Position numbers and translations under genes: made by a program. This document shows, one piece after another, positions 20,029 through 29,223 of a stretch of DNA of 64,000 nt. The stretch comes from Klebsiella pneumoniae. GTDB taxonomy: Bacteria; Pseudomonadota; Gammaproteobacteria; Eutrophobiales; Eutrophobiaceae. The notes under the pieces were generated by a model that was not told where the DNA came from, searched no databases, and saw only the letters and a list, made by a program, of their open reading frames with translations. Position 1 is the stretch's first letter. The number at the start of each line of letters is the position of its first letter. The stretch lies in NCBI GenBank assembly GCA_945870865.1, contig CAMBTO010000003.1, positions 11,478 to 75,477 of the forward strand. Reading direction: 5' to 3'.

Positions 20029-20553
20029 CTACTTCTTCTTCTTTTTGACGGCGACCTTCTTTTTAGCCGGTGCCTTCACCACTTTTTTCTTCACGGCGAC
20101 CGGGGCCGGTTTTTTCAGTGCTGCGACCTTCGCCTTTTTCTTCGCCACTGGTTTTTTCTTGCCGGCAGGACGGGCCTGTTTCTTCGCGGTTACCTGGATC
20201 TCGATCTTCATTGCCGCATCGGCGAGACCGGCGGCCAGCATCATCACCGCAGGACGAACGGTGCCAAAATATTTTTTCAGAACCGGGAAACACAGCTCGA
20301 ACTCCGAGGCATTCGGCAGTACATAGGTGACGCGGACTACATCATTTATTGAGGCATTCGCCTGCTTCAGTGCGGCGGAAATATTCTGCAGACATTGCTC
20401 GGTCTGCTCGACGATATTGTCGGAGATGGTCATCGTAGCGTAGTTGTAGCCGGTGGTGCCTGATACAAACACCCATTCGCCATCAACGACGGCGCGGGAA
20501 TAACCGATCTCTGCCTCAAATTTTGAACCTGAACTGATAAGCTTGCGTGCCAT
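20029..20553 (-). CDS. RidA/YjgF-family domain fused to a C-terminal Lys/Ala/Pro-rich histone-H1-like tail
   Basis: The start is taken at MARKLISSGSKFE (ATG 20553, with GGGAG upstream). This removes the overlap with the TauE gene. The RidA-like body ends at KIEIQVTA. A tail of about 50 aa follows: KKQARPAGKKKPVAKKKAKVAALKKPAPVAVKKKVVKAPAKKKVAVKKKKK. Confidence 0.75.
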   Translation of the reverse strand: MARKLISSGSKFEAEIGYSRAVVDGEWVFVSGTTGYNYATMTISDNIVEQTEQCLQNISAALKQANASINDVVRVTYVLPNASEFELCFPVLKKYFGTVRPAVMMLAAGLADAAMKIEIQVTAKKQARPAGKKKPVAKKKAKVAALKKPAPVAVKKKVVKAPAKKKVAVKKKKK

Positions 20554-20644
20554 GTTGTGCTCCCTGTTGTGAGTGTGTGGTAATTGTAGAAAACAGTATA
20601 TTAATGGATCACGCGACGGCGCGAAACTGTCGTTATAGCCCGTC

Positions 20645-21403
20645 CTAGCGAATACCCTGCCACAACAGCGTGAGCGCACCGATCACCACGACCGCTTCCA
20701 TCACCCAGAGATGAATCTTCATCGGTATATGCGCCAGTAGCTTGCGGGCGATAAACGCGCCCGGAGAGGTACACAACCCGACCATCAGCCCGACTGTTGC
20801 CAGTTCCAGCGTCAGCCTCGACATGCTGCCAAACAGGATAATCTTGGTGATCGCCATAACCACGCCGATAATACCGTCCGTTGCTATCAGCGCCATTCCC
20901 TGCAAGCCGGCCGCCATCATGATCGAGATCAGGATGACCCCGGTGCCCGCCATCCCGCCGTTGATAAAGCCGAATACACCACCGGCCAGGCACTGTGTCG
21001 TCGGGCTGATCCGGTAGCGGGCGTTGTGCAGTATCCGTCGTAACGGCACGCTGGCGAGCAGGAACAGACCGAGTAACAGCGCCACCCAGCGGCTGCTCAG
21101 CAGGGTATAGCTGTACGCGCCGAGCAGACAGCCCGGTATGCCCAGCATCAGGATCAGGCGCGCATGCCGCCATTCGATATACCGCCGGAACGCCAGCACC
21201 CGACTGAAATTGTTCAACAGGATCACCATCGACATCATCGGGATCACATTGGTGATGCCGACCAGCGGTGCCAGGAAAACCGGCAATATCAGCCCGGCAC
21301 CGTAACCGGCGATACCGCTGACCACGGAGGAGACAAACGCGACCAGACAGACCAGCGCCAGCTGAGCGAGATCGAGGTCGACGAGATGAAACAGCGAGTC
21401 CAT
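20645..21403 (-). CDS. TauE/SafE family sulfite/anion exporter
   Basis: 252 aa, about 8 TM segments, with an internal duplicated Gly-rich helix pattern typical of TauE/SafE (DUF81). Confidence 0.8.
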   Translation of the reverse strand: MDSLFHLVDLDLAQLALVCLVAFVSSVVSGIAGYGAGLILPVFLAPLVGITNVIPMMSMVILLNNFSRVLAFRRYIEWRHARLILMLGIPGCLLGAYSYTLLSSRWVALLLGLFLLASVPLRRILHNARYRISPTTQCLAGGVFGFINGGMAGTGVILISIMMAAGLQGMALIATDGIIGVVMAITKIILFGSMSRLTLELATVGLMVGLCTSPGAFIARKLLAHIPMKIHLWVMEAVVVIGALTLLWQGIR

Positions 21404-21600
21404 GGATCAGCTATCTCGGCAGTGATCTTTCAGGTCTGCCAGCGAGGTGAATTCGGTCATGCCAGTCTTGTTATGTTAAGGTCCATGCCGGAAGTTTACA
21501 GCCAAACCGATAAATGTGGATACATCGACATGCGGCTGGAGTAGAGTGGCAGACAGGTATGCGAGGTGCATACTTCACACTCACCCGGAGGAGTCGCACC

Positions 21601-21729
21601 ATGTCGAAAGAACGTAACAATACCCGAGAGATCCAGAAAAAACCGTCGATGACGCTGAAAGAAAAACGCGCCACCAAGAAGGCAAAGAAAGATGGCAAGC
21701 CCGCATTCCAGCCGTTTGAGAAGAAGTAG
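21601..21729 (+). CDS. Small lysine-rich basic protein (42 aa), unknown function
   Basis: The ATG at 21601 is preceded by GGAGG at about 8 nt. The sequence is MSKERNNTREIQKKPSMTLKEKRATKKAKKDGKPAFQPFEKK. The longer ORF from 21514 seems less likely. Confidence 0.4.
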   Translation: MSKERNNTREIQKKPSMTLKEKRATKKAKKDGKPAFQPFEKK

Positions 21730-21899
21730 TCCCCCCCCAAATCTCGCCGCCCACCTGTGCTGACCCGGACTAGAAGTCTGACTCAACCGGGCAGCGCGCG
21801 CTCCTGATCTGACACGGAAGAATGTACTTTACGTGATCGATTTTTATTAGGTTATAATCGGACCAACCAATCAGATTGACGTCTCGGACAGGGGTGGGT

Positions 21900-23963
21900 A
21901 TGAAACGGGCAGGTGTATCAATTTTTGTGTGGGCAGGTATCGCGGTACTGGGTGCCTGGGCCGTTGCCAATATCGCGATATACCGCGAGGAATCCATTAA
22001 TGCGATCTGGTTTATCGCCGCCGCTGTCTGTGTTTATCTGCTGGCCTACCGTTTTTACAGTGCATGGATCTGTGCCCGTGTACTGACGCTGGACGAGACA
22101 CGCGCCACCCCGGCGGTGCGGTTTAACAATCACCGCGACTTTATCCCGACCAATAAATGGATAGTTTTCGGACATCACTTTGCCGCCATCGCCGGCCCCG
22201 GTCCGCTGATAGGTCCGACGCTGGCCGCGCAGTTCGGTTATCTGCCCGGTACCTTGTGGATCCTGATAGGTTCGGTGCTCGGTGGTTGTGTGCAGGACAT
22301 GGTGGTGCTGTTCTGTTCGACCCGCCGTGATGGCCGCAGCCTCGGTCAGATAGCCAAGGACGAACTCGGACCGGTCGGCGGCTGGGCCGCGATCTTCGGC
22401 ACGATGATGATCATCACCGTCATTGTGGCGGTGCTTGGTCTCGTCGTCGTTAACGCGATGAAGAACAGCCCCTGGGCTACCACGACGGTACTCGGAACGA
22501 TCCCGGCGGCGATGCTGATCGGGTTGTACCTGCGTAATATCCGTCCCGGGCGGGTACTGGAAGGCTCGGCGATTGGTATCATCCTGTTATTGTTATGTGT
22601 CGTCGGAGGTGGCTGGGTTCACGGTAATGCCACAATCGGACCACTCTTTGACTGGGATGCGATGACCTGCGCCTGGTTTGTCATTATCTACGGATTTGTC
22701 GCCGCCGTGTTGCCGATCTGGCTGTTACTGGCCCCGCGTGATTATCTGTCGGCGTTTCTGAAGATCGGGGTGGTCATCCTGCTGGCCGTTTCCATTTTAA
22801 TCTATGCACCGGACATCAAGATGCCCGCGCTGACCCAGTTCGTCGACGGCACCGGCCCAATCTTCAAGGGCAATGTGTTCCCGTTTGTGTTTATCACGAT
22901 CGCCTGCGGTGCCATCTCCGGTTTCCATTCACTGATCGCCTCCGGTACCACACCGAAACTGATAAGCAATGAGATGGACATCCGCATGGTCGGTTATGGC
23001 AGTATGGCGGTCGAATCGTTTGTCGCCATCATGGCGATGGTCGCTGCCACCACGCTCGACCCCGGTATCTATTTTGCGATCAACAGCCCGGCCGGTGTGG
23101 TAGGCAAGGTCTCCAGCGACGCAGTGGCGATGATCAGCTCCTGGGGCTTCCCGGTCACGGTCGCACAGATGGAGGCACTGGCCGCCGAGATGGGCGAGAA
23201 CACACTGTTTGCCCGTACCGGCGGTGCGCCGTCACTGGCCGTCGGTATGGCATCGATCTTCAGCAGCACCTTTGGCAAGAACCTGATGGCGATGTGGTAT
23301 CACTTTGCAATCATGTTCGAGGTGTTGTTTATCCTGACCACGCTGGATGCCGGTACCCGCGTCGGCCGTTTCATCCTGCAGGACTGCCTTAAATATGTGT
23401 GGAAGCCGGCCGGGGATATTTCCTCCTATCCGGTCACCATCGTAGCCAGTTTCCTGTTTGTCGCCGCCTGGGGTTATTTCCTGATCCAGGGCGTGATGGA
23501 CCCGCTCGGTGGCGTCAATATCCTCTGGCCATTGTTTGGTATCGCCAACCAGTTGCTCGCCGGTATCGCGCTGTCGGTTGCCACCGGCATCCTGATCAAG
23601 ATGGGCAAGCTGCGTTATGTATGGGTAACCGCCGCACCGCTCAGCTGGATAGCCATCGTCTGCACCTGGGCTGCGATTGAGAAGGTCTTCAGTAGCGTGC
23701 CGCAGATCGGCTTTCTCGCCGGTGCAAATGACATGGCCGCGAAGCTGGCTGCGGGCACACTGACGCCGGAGGTTGCCGCAGTTGCGCCGCAATTGATCAT
23801 CGGCCAGCGCATTGATGCCGTATTGACCATCCTGTTTGCCACGATGTTGTGGATCGTGATCCTCGACATGCTTCGGGTCAGCTACCGCTTTATCCAAGGC
23901 AAACCGGTATTACCGTTGTCCGAATCGGCCTATGTCTCTGCCGCTGCGTTTGCGACGAAGTAA
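21900..23963 (+). CDS. cstA: Carbon starvation protein A (peptide/pyruvate transporter family)
   Basis: It is colinear with E. coli CstA by eye (INAIW, YRFYS, FGHHFAAIAGPGPLIGP, STRRDGRSLG, LAPRDYLS, FITIACGAISGFH, WPLFGIANQ). The start is taken at MKRAGV (21900). Confidence 0.95.
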   Translation: MKRAGVSIFVWAGIAVLGAWAVANIAIYREESINAIWFIAAAVCVYLLAYRFYSAWICARVLTLDETRATPAVRFNNHRDFIPTNKWIVFGHHFAAIAGPGPLIGPTLAAQFGYLPGTLWILIGSVLGGCVQDMVVLFCSTRRDGRSLGQIAKDELGPVGGWAAIFGTMMIITVIVAVLGLVVVNAMKNSPWATTTVLGTIPAAMLIGLYLRNIRPGRVLEGSAIGIILLLLCVVGGGWVHGNATIGPLFDWDAMTCAWFVIIYGFVAAVLPIWLLLAPRDYLSAFLKIGVVILLAVSILIYAPDIKMPALTQFVDGTGPIFKGNVFPFVFITIACGAISGFHSLIASGTTPKLISNEMDIRMVGYGSMAVESFVAIMAMVAATTLDPGIYFAINSPAGVVGKVSSDAVAMISSWGFPVTVAQMEALAAEMGENTLFARTGGAPSLAVGMASIFSSTFGKNLMAMWYHFAIMFEVLFILTTLDAGTRVGRFILQDCLKYVWKPAGDISSYPVTIVASFLFVAAWGYFLIQGVMDPLGGVNILWPLFGIANQLLAGIALSVATGILIKMGKLRYVWVTAAPLSWIAIVCTWAAIEKVFSSVPQIGFLAGANDMAAKLAAGTLTPEVAAVAPQLIIGQRIDAVLTILFATMLWIVILDMLRVSYRFIQGKPVLPLSESAYVSAAAFATK

Positions 23964-23968
23964 ACACG

Positions 23969-24148
23969 ATGCGCCGCCTGCTGCAACAGACCTGGAACTA
24001 TCTCCGACGCGTCTCCGGTGATGATGCCTACGAGCACTATCTGGCCCACCATCACACCGCCCACGCGACCGAACCGCCGCTGAGTCGTCAGCAGTTTTAT
24101 CTGTGGCGACTGGAACAGAAATCACGCGGTGTTAATCGCTGTTGCTAG
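23969..24148 (+). CDS. ybdD: YbdD/YjiX family small protein (DUF466), CstA partner
   Basis: 59 aa (MRRLLQQTWNYLRRVSGDDAYEHYLAHH...) ending in CC. It sits immediately downstream of cstA, the classic pairing. Confidence 0.85.
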   Translation: MRRLLQQTWNYLRRVSGDDAYEHYLAHHHTAHATEPPLSRQQFYLWRLEQKSRGVNRCC

Positions 24149-24277
24149 GGGACAGAAGACAATTAATATCGAAAGTTCCGGGGTTTTTCAGACTCAACGA
24201 TTAAAATGACCGGCGCCGGTCACGGACTTACCTGAACAATAAAGCATTGACCCCGGCGTCCGGTTGAGTGACTTGTT

Positions 24278-24652
24278 ATGGACTATAGTTTGGTGCATTA
24301 TTCTAGTCATCACCATGAGGACTTGTTCAGCGCCCATCCGCTTGAGCTGAACTCGGCGAATTTCCAGACCCAGAACGCGCGTAACGATATTCCGATGCTG
24401 GTAGATTTCTGGGCGCCGTGGTGCGGGCCGTGCAGGACGATGGCACCGTGGTTTGTGCAGGCCGCCGCCCAGCTGGAACCTGCTGTCAGGCTGGCCAAAC
24501 TGGACACCGAGGCGGAACCGAATCTGGGAGGGCAGTTTCAGATACGCAGTATCTCGACCTTGATGTTGTTCAAGGGTGGTCGTGAAATTGCGCGGCAATC
24601 CGGGGCGATGCCGGTATCGGAGATCGTGCGCTGGACAAGGTCACACCTGTAG
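24278..24652 (+). CDS. Thioredoxin (Trx2/TrxC-like body without the N-terminal zinc finger)
   Basis: 124 aa with the active site WAPWCGPCR. HEDLFSAHPLELNSANF resembles the TrxC linker. No CxxC pairs occur upstream of it. Confidence 0.88.
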   Translation: MDYSLVHYSSHHHEDLFSAHPLELNSANFQTQNARNDIPMLVDFWAPWCGPCRTMAPWFVQAAAQLEPAVRLAKLDTEAEPNLGGQFQIRSISTLMLFKGGREIARQSGAMPVSEIVRWTRSHL

Positions 24653-24728
24653 CAGAGTCAGCCTCTACGACTTCGTACAAAAAGTCAGGCTCCTTCGACT
24701 ACACTCAGGGCAGTCCCGAGCTGACAGA

Positions 24729-25454
24729 TTAAGGTGCGATTTCGTTCCCGTCCCAGGCGTAGATCCTGCCGCTGTGTTCCGGTTTCAATGTGTCGATCAC
24801 GTTCAGTAGCTGTCCGGCTGAATACTCACCTGTAAACAGTTTCTCCGGCTTGACCGACATGGCGAACGGTCTGGACAACTCGCTCTGTACGGTTCCCGGA
24901 TGCAGGCCGACGACGATGGCCAGTTTGTTGCGGCGGGCGATCTCGATACTGGCGGTTTTGAGTATCATGTTCAGCGCGGCCTTCGAGGCACGATAGGCAT
25001 ACCATCCCCCAAGTTCATTATCACTGATACTACCGACACGGGCGGTCAGTGCGGCGAACACACAGCGTCGCTCCCGGTTCAACAGTGGCAGGAAGTGTTT
25101 GGCAACCAGTGCAGGCCCTGTGGTGTTGACGGCAAATATCCGCGCCAGTTTTTCAGCGGACAGATCACGCAGCGATTTCTCGGGCTGAAAATCCACAGTA
25201 TGTAATATGCCCGTGGCTACAATGACCAGATCCAGCGGGCCATAGCCACTCGCCACTGCCGCGGCGGACTCAATGCTGTCCTCCTGTTCTATATCGATTT
25301 GATGGTGGAACACATTGGTTTTGTCAGACACGAACGGTCGGCGCGCGAACGCATGCAAGGTGCCGGTGTCCGGGCGTGCTGACAACAGGTGGACGAACCC
25401 CGCACCAACGGCGCCGCTGGCGCCTATGATGGCAATATTCAGTTTGTTATTCAT
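24729..25454 (-). CDS. Short-chain dehydrogenase/reductase (SDR)
   Basis: 241 aa. The Rossmann motif is IIGASGAVGAGF and the catalytic pair is YRASKAAL. It is the last gene of the minus-strand operon. Confidence 0.85.
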   Translation of the reverse strand: MNNKLNIAIIGASGAVGAGFVHLLSARPDTGTLHAFARRPFVSDKTNVFHHQIDIEQEDSIESAAAVASGYGPLDLVIVATGILHTVDFQPEKSLRDLSAEKLARIFAVNTTGPALVAKHFLPLLNRERRCVFAALTARVGSISDNELGGWYAYRASKAALNMILKTASIEIARRNKLAIVVGLHPGTVQSELSRPFAMSVKPEKLFTGEYSAGQLLNVIDTLKPEHSGRIYAWDGNEIAP

Positions 25455-25463
25455 AACGTAGGC

Positions 25464-26432
25464 TCAGGTGAGTTTATTGACCCGGGCAGCGAGCAGGTTT
25501 GCACTGGTAAAGGCGGCCTCGACGTTGCCGCGGATACACCAGTCACCACAGGCCGCCAGGTGATTGCGGGTGTCGATCAGGTAATTCTTGCCCGCTGGCA
25601 CGGACGTCTCTGCATAGCGCCAGCGATGCAGTGCGATATGGGCGGGCGAGGCTAGGTCTATCGCTAATTGCCGTTGCAGTTCCGTCAACAGCGTGTGTCG
25701 GACCTCATCCTGATCGTCTTCCAGATGCGTCTCGGCCCAGTCATTGTCGGAGTGGACAACCAGCGTAAAGGGGAGATCGCGTCCAGGCTTGCTCGAATTC
25801 ACACTGATCCAGCGGATCGGCGAATTCTTTACCATCGCCGCATCGAACTTCAACTTCAGGGGCTGGGCCAGGCCCAGCATCAAGGTGTAACACGCGCGCA
25901 TGGTTGCCTGCCCGGGCACGGTCTGCCCGCTGTACAGGTCTGCAAATACAAGCCGGGTCTGCGGTGCCGGCGCACTGCTGATGACCCAGTCATACGGACC
26001 GAGTATCCGTCCATCACCCGTCTGGATGTTCCATTGTTCACCATGGCGCACCAGCGCGGTCACCTCGGTCTGCAACTGGATCGACAACCCCTCGGCCAGT
26101 TTTTTTGCCAGCGCATTCATCTCCGGTGCGGCGACATAATGCGGTTCAAACCAGTCACGTTTGTAGGGTTGTTCGCCGGCGTTTAAGGTCAGCACCCGCG
26201 GCTTCCATTGCTGTAGCAGGCCGGACTCTAAATGGGGCCGCATGAATGCCTTGAACGCACGAGTGCGGATGGTCAGGTATTGCGTACCATGATCAAAGTG
26301 AAACGGGTCGGCATGGCGTGTGCTCAGGCGCCCGCCCACGCCATGCGACTTTTCCAGCATAGTCACCTCGGCCTTGAGCCGCTGCGCCAGTGTCAGGCCG
26401 GCCATGCCGGCACCGATTACGGCAATTTTCAC
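25464..26432 (-). CDS. NAD/FAD-dependent oxidoreductase (renalase/COG3380-like)
   Basis: 322 aa. The GTG start gives MKIAVIGAGMAGLTLAQRL (dinucleotide-binding GxGxxG). The C-terminus is GDWC.. Its start overlaps the stop of the TonB-dependent receptor by 1 nt. Confidence 0.8.
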   Translation of the reverse strand: MKIAVIGAGMAGLTLAQRLKAEVTMLEKSHGVGGRLSTRHADPFHFDHGTQYLTIRTRAFKAFMRPHLESGLLQQWKPRVLTLNAGEQPYKRDWFEPHYVAAPEMNALAKKLAEGLSIQLQTEVTALVRHGEQWNIQTGDGRILGPYDWVISSAPAPQTRLVFADLYSGQTVPGQATMRACYTLMLGLAQPLKLKFDAAMVKNSPIRWISVNSSKPGRDLPFTLVVHSDNDWAETHLEDDQDEVRHTLLTELQRQLAIDLASPAHIALHRWRYAETSVPAGKNYLIDTRNHLAACGDWCIRGNVEAAFTSANLLAARVNKLT

Positions 26433-28825
26433 TAGAACTCCAGCGTCAGTCCCAGTTGGGGGAAGGTGTCGAGTCCATCGATCTCCACCTCGCCAGTGCG
26501 CGGGCTGAATTCCTGTTCGTCCACATTGGCGCGTCCGAGCACGTTGATGACGTCGATAAAGCCGATGATATTCATCGCATTAAAACTACGACGGTAATCG
26601 ACGCGTATATTCAGTGTCTGGAATGACGGGTGCCGACCGGTATTGCGCAGCGTTATCTCGCGTGAGTAGCGCAGGTTTTGCAGGTCATTCAGCACATTGT
26701 TGTAGATGATGAAATCATCCGACGGGCGTCCCGAGGAGATCTGGTATTGTCCAGACAGTGCCCAGCGGTCGTTCGGTTCGTAGCTGACTGTCATGCTGGC
26801 CAGGTGCGGGCGATTGAAATCAGTCGGGGTCTCACCGCGACCGTCATTTCGGTCGGTGACGGAGTGGTTATAACTGTAGCGCAGGGTCGCAGACCAGCTG
26901 TCCAGAAACCGTCGCGACAACAAGGCATCGAGACCGGCGCTCCAGCCATCGGCGTCATTGGTCAGGCGGCCAGTGACCTGATCGTTCTCGACGATCAGAT
27001 CGTCCAGTTGCTGGTAATAGGTCTCGACCAGCAGTCGGTAGTCCCGATTAAAGTAATGTTCAACACCAAGGCTGATCTGGCTGCTGCGTTCCGGTTCAAG
27101 ATCAATGTTAGCCGGATTGGCGGCGATCTCAAGCAGACGCGGCGGCTGGTAATACAGCCCACCCGTCAGCGAAAAGCGGGTCTCGGCGCGGTATTGCCAG
27201 TTCGCCTGAAACCGCGGTGAAATATAGGTGGTATCCAGTAATCCATCATAGTCTACACGTACGCCGGGCCGCAGTGAGTAGGGGCCCGATTCAAACGCCT
27301 GATCCAGATATACCGCACCGCGGGTGGCCGATTCTTCCAGCCTGGTGTTGTAGAAGGCAGGCGACAGGATCGCATATTGCAGCAAGGGGTCGGCACGAAA
27401 GTCGTTGGTGTCATAGGTAAACACTGGATAGTCGCGGGTGACGGCGCGTTCGTAATCCAGCGTCAGATAACTGAGTCGACTACCGGCCGAGAATTCGCCG
27501 AACCGGTTTGACTGGCGGTAGTCCAATCGCCAGCCGGTTTCCGAGTCGGCCTCATTGAGCGTGATGATCGGGTCTTCGACAAACAGTTCATCCGCATCGG
27601 CGTCAAGCGGACTGCGCTCCGGAAACGCCTCGCCCTGGCTGTTGTCATCATCGGCGGAACGGTAGTAAACCGCGTTACGCAGACGACCGCTGTTGCCCAT
27701 CAGATATTCGACCACCACACCCAGCATACCGGCGTGTTGTTCGCTGTTGATGATGTTGGTGTCCTGGAAGTTTTCCGAGGCAAGTACATTTTTTGCCTTG
27801 CGCGTGTAGTGTTCAGGTGTGTAAAGACCTATCAGTTTGACGGTGGTCTTTGCATTGAGACGGCTTACACTCTTGAAGATGAAATCAGACAGTTTCGGGG
27901 CACCAAGGTCTTCTTCACCGATCGTTTCAAACAACCAGCCGAAGTTGTAATGCCGCAGCGACAGCAGCACGGTGGTATTGTCGAGTGCAACGGCCGGGCC
28001 GTCATACAGGATTTCACCGCCGGCCAGATCCAGCTTCACACTGGTGAATGGTGTCTCCGGGTTGCCCTCGGTGATCGCCAGTTTTAACAGTGAGCCGTTC
28101 GATCCGCCTTCAGCTGCCTCCCAGCCTCCAGGCTGGAACGCGGCCTCACCGACGACATTCTGACCGAAGATGGAGAAACGCCCACCACCTTCCAGATCGT
28201 CCTCTTCTCCGAGCGACTGATCAAAATGCACCAGCCGGTCATACGGTAGGCCGTCTATCAGGATCAGGTTGTCGCGTGGACCACGTCCGCGGACGGTGAA
28301 GTCGGAGAACTCGCCGGTTGCAGACACACCCGGTAATGTATTCAGGCCACGAAACACATCACCGGCTGTACCTGGAGCCCGACGGATCTCCTCGCGGTTC
28401 AGACTGGTGGCGGCGACCGATCCGTAAGGTGACATCTGTGTCGCCCTGGCGGTGACGATCACCTCCTCGATTTGTACGCGTAGCTGTTGCAGCGAGAAAT
28501 TCAACGGCATGGTCTTGTCTGCAATCAGGCGAAACCCGTTTTCCTCGGCCTCGCGATAGCCCTCCAGCGTGACGCCGACGGAGACCAGACCGACAGGCAG
28601 GGCAGGGCTGGCATAACTACCGGCCGCATCGCTGACCAGTGTGGCAATCTCCTTGTCCGCCTGGCGGATTTGAATACGGGCCGCGACCAACGGTCGTCCG
28701 GTCGTCGCATCGACGACCGTTCCGACCAGACGCGAGTCTGCTGCATGCACGGGCAGGGCGATTGTCAGTATCAATAACAGTGCACATAGTCTGGTCAGTA
28801 TTTGTAATATCAGATTTGCTTTCAT
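26432..28825 (-). CDS. TonB-dependent outer-membrane receptor with N-terminal carboxypeptidase-regulatory-like domain
   Basis: The start is taken at MKANLILQ (28825), followed by a signal peptide ending in VHAADS. Then come a CarboxypepD_reg-like segment, a plug domain and a long beta-barrel ending in the terminal LTLEF. Confidence 0.9.
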   Translation of the reverse strand: MKANLILQILTRLCALLLILTIALPVHAADSRLVGTVVDATTGRPLVAARIQIRQADKEIATLVSDAAGSYASPALPVGLVSVGVTLEGYREAEENGFRLIADKTMPLNFSLQQLRVQIEEVIVTARATQMSPYGSVAATSLNREEIRRAPGTAGDVFRGLNTLPGVSATGEFSDFTVRGRGPRDNLILIDGLPYDRLVHFDQSLGEEDDLEGGGRFSIFGQNVVGEAAFQPGGWEAAEGGSNGSLLKLAITEGNPETPFTSVKLDLAGGEILYDGPAVALDNTTVLLSLRHYNFGWLFETIGEEDLGAPKLSDFIFKSVSRLNAKTTVKLIGLYTPEHYTRKAKNVLASENFQDTNIINSEQHAGMLGVVVEYLMGNSGRLRNAVYYRSADDDNSQGEAFPERSPLDADADELFVEDPIITLNEADSETGWRLDYRQSNRFGEFSAGSRLSYLTLDYERAVTRDYPVFTYDTNDFRADPLLQYAILSPAFYNTRLEESATRGAVYLDQAFESGPYSLRPGVRVDYDGLLDTTYISPRFQANWQYRAETRFSLTGGLYYQPPRLLEIAANPANIDLEPERSSQISLGVEHYFNRDYRLLVETYYQQLDDLIVENDQVTGRLTNDADGWSAGLDALLSRRFLDSWSATLRYSYNHSVTDRNDGRGETPTDFNRPHLASMTVSYEPNDRWALSGQYQISSGRPSDDFIIYNNVLNDLQNLRYSREITLRNTGRHPSFQTLNIRVDYRRSFNAMNIIGFIDVINVLGRANVDEQEFSPRTGEVEIDGLDTFPQLGLTLEF

Positions 28826-29223
28826 GGCGCAACCTTGATAGATGGATGACAAATTTGTGTATTTTCAGCGCGGCGCGGACCCGAGATAAAACGCTCAAGT
28901 CGACCATTTGACCGAAGGATGGCGATCAGCATATACAGGCATGACCCCAGATTACCTGATAACAGCAGTGCCAGTATCCATAGCAGTGCGACAGACCGGT
29001 GTGGTTCACGCCACCATATCCAGCAGGAAAACAGTAACAGACCAGTATAGAGATCAACCAGAGACATCACGCCCCAGGGCATGTCCAGCAGCACCCTGCC
29101 TTCGCTCATCAGGTCACCGTTTAAAAATGAGTGGATCAGAAACCCGACCATCACCCAGCTGCCGATGGCCGCAGCAATAAAGGCCGGCCAGAACGGGCGT
29201 ACGGACTCGACCCAGCGACTCAC
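28822..29223 (-). CDS. Small membrane protein (DUF1475-like by memory)
   Basis: The listed ORF extends to 29439 but overlaps the upstream gene by 220 nt. A GTG at 29223 overlaps the upstream TGA (GTGA), and its TGA overlaps the receptor ATG (ATGA). It has 133 aa and about 4 TM segments (DMPWGVMSLVDLYTGLLLFSCWIWWRE). Confidence 0.5.
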   Translation of the reverse strand: MSRWVESVRPFWPAFIAAAIGSWVMVGFLIHSFLNGDLMSEGRVLLDMPWGVMSLVDLYTGLLLFSCWIWWREPHRSVALLWILALLLSGNLGSCLYMLIAILRSNGRLERFISGPRRAENTQICHPSIKVAP

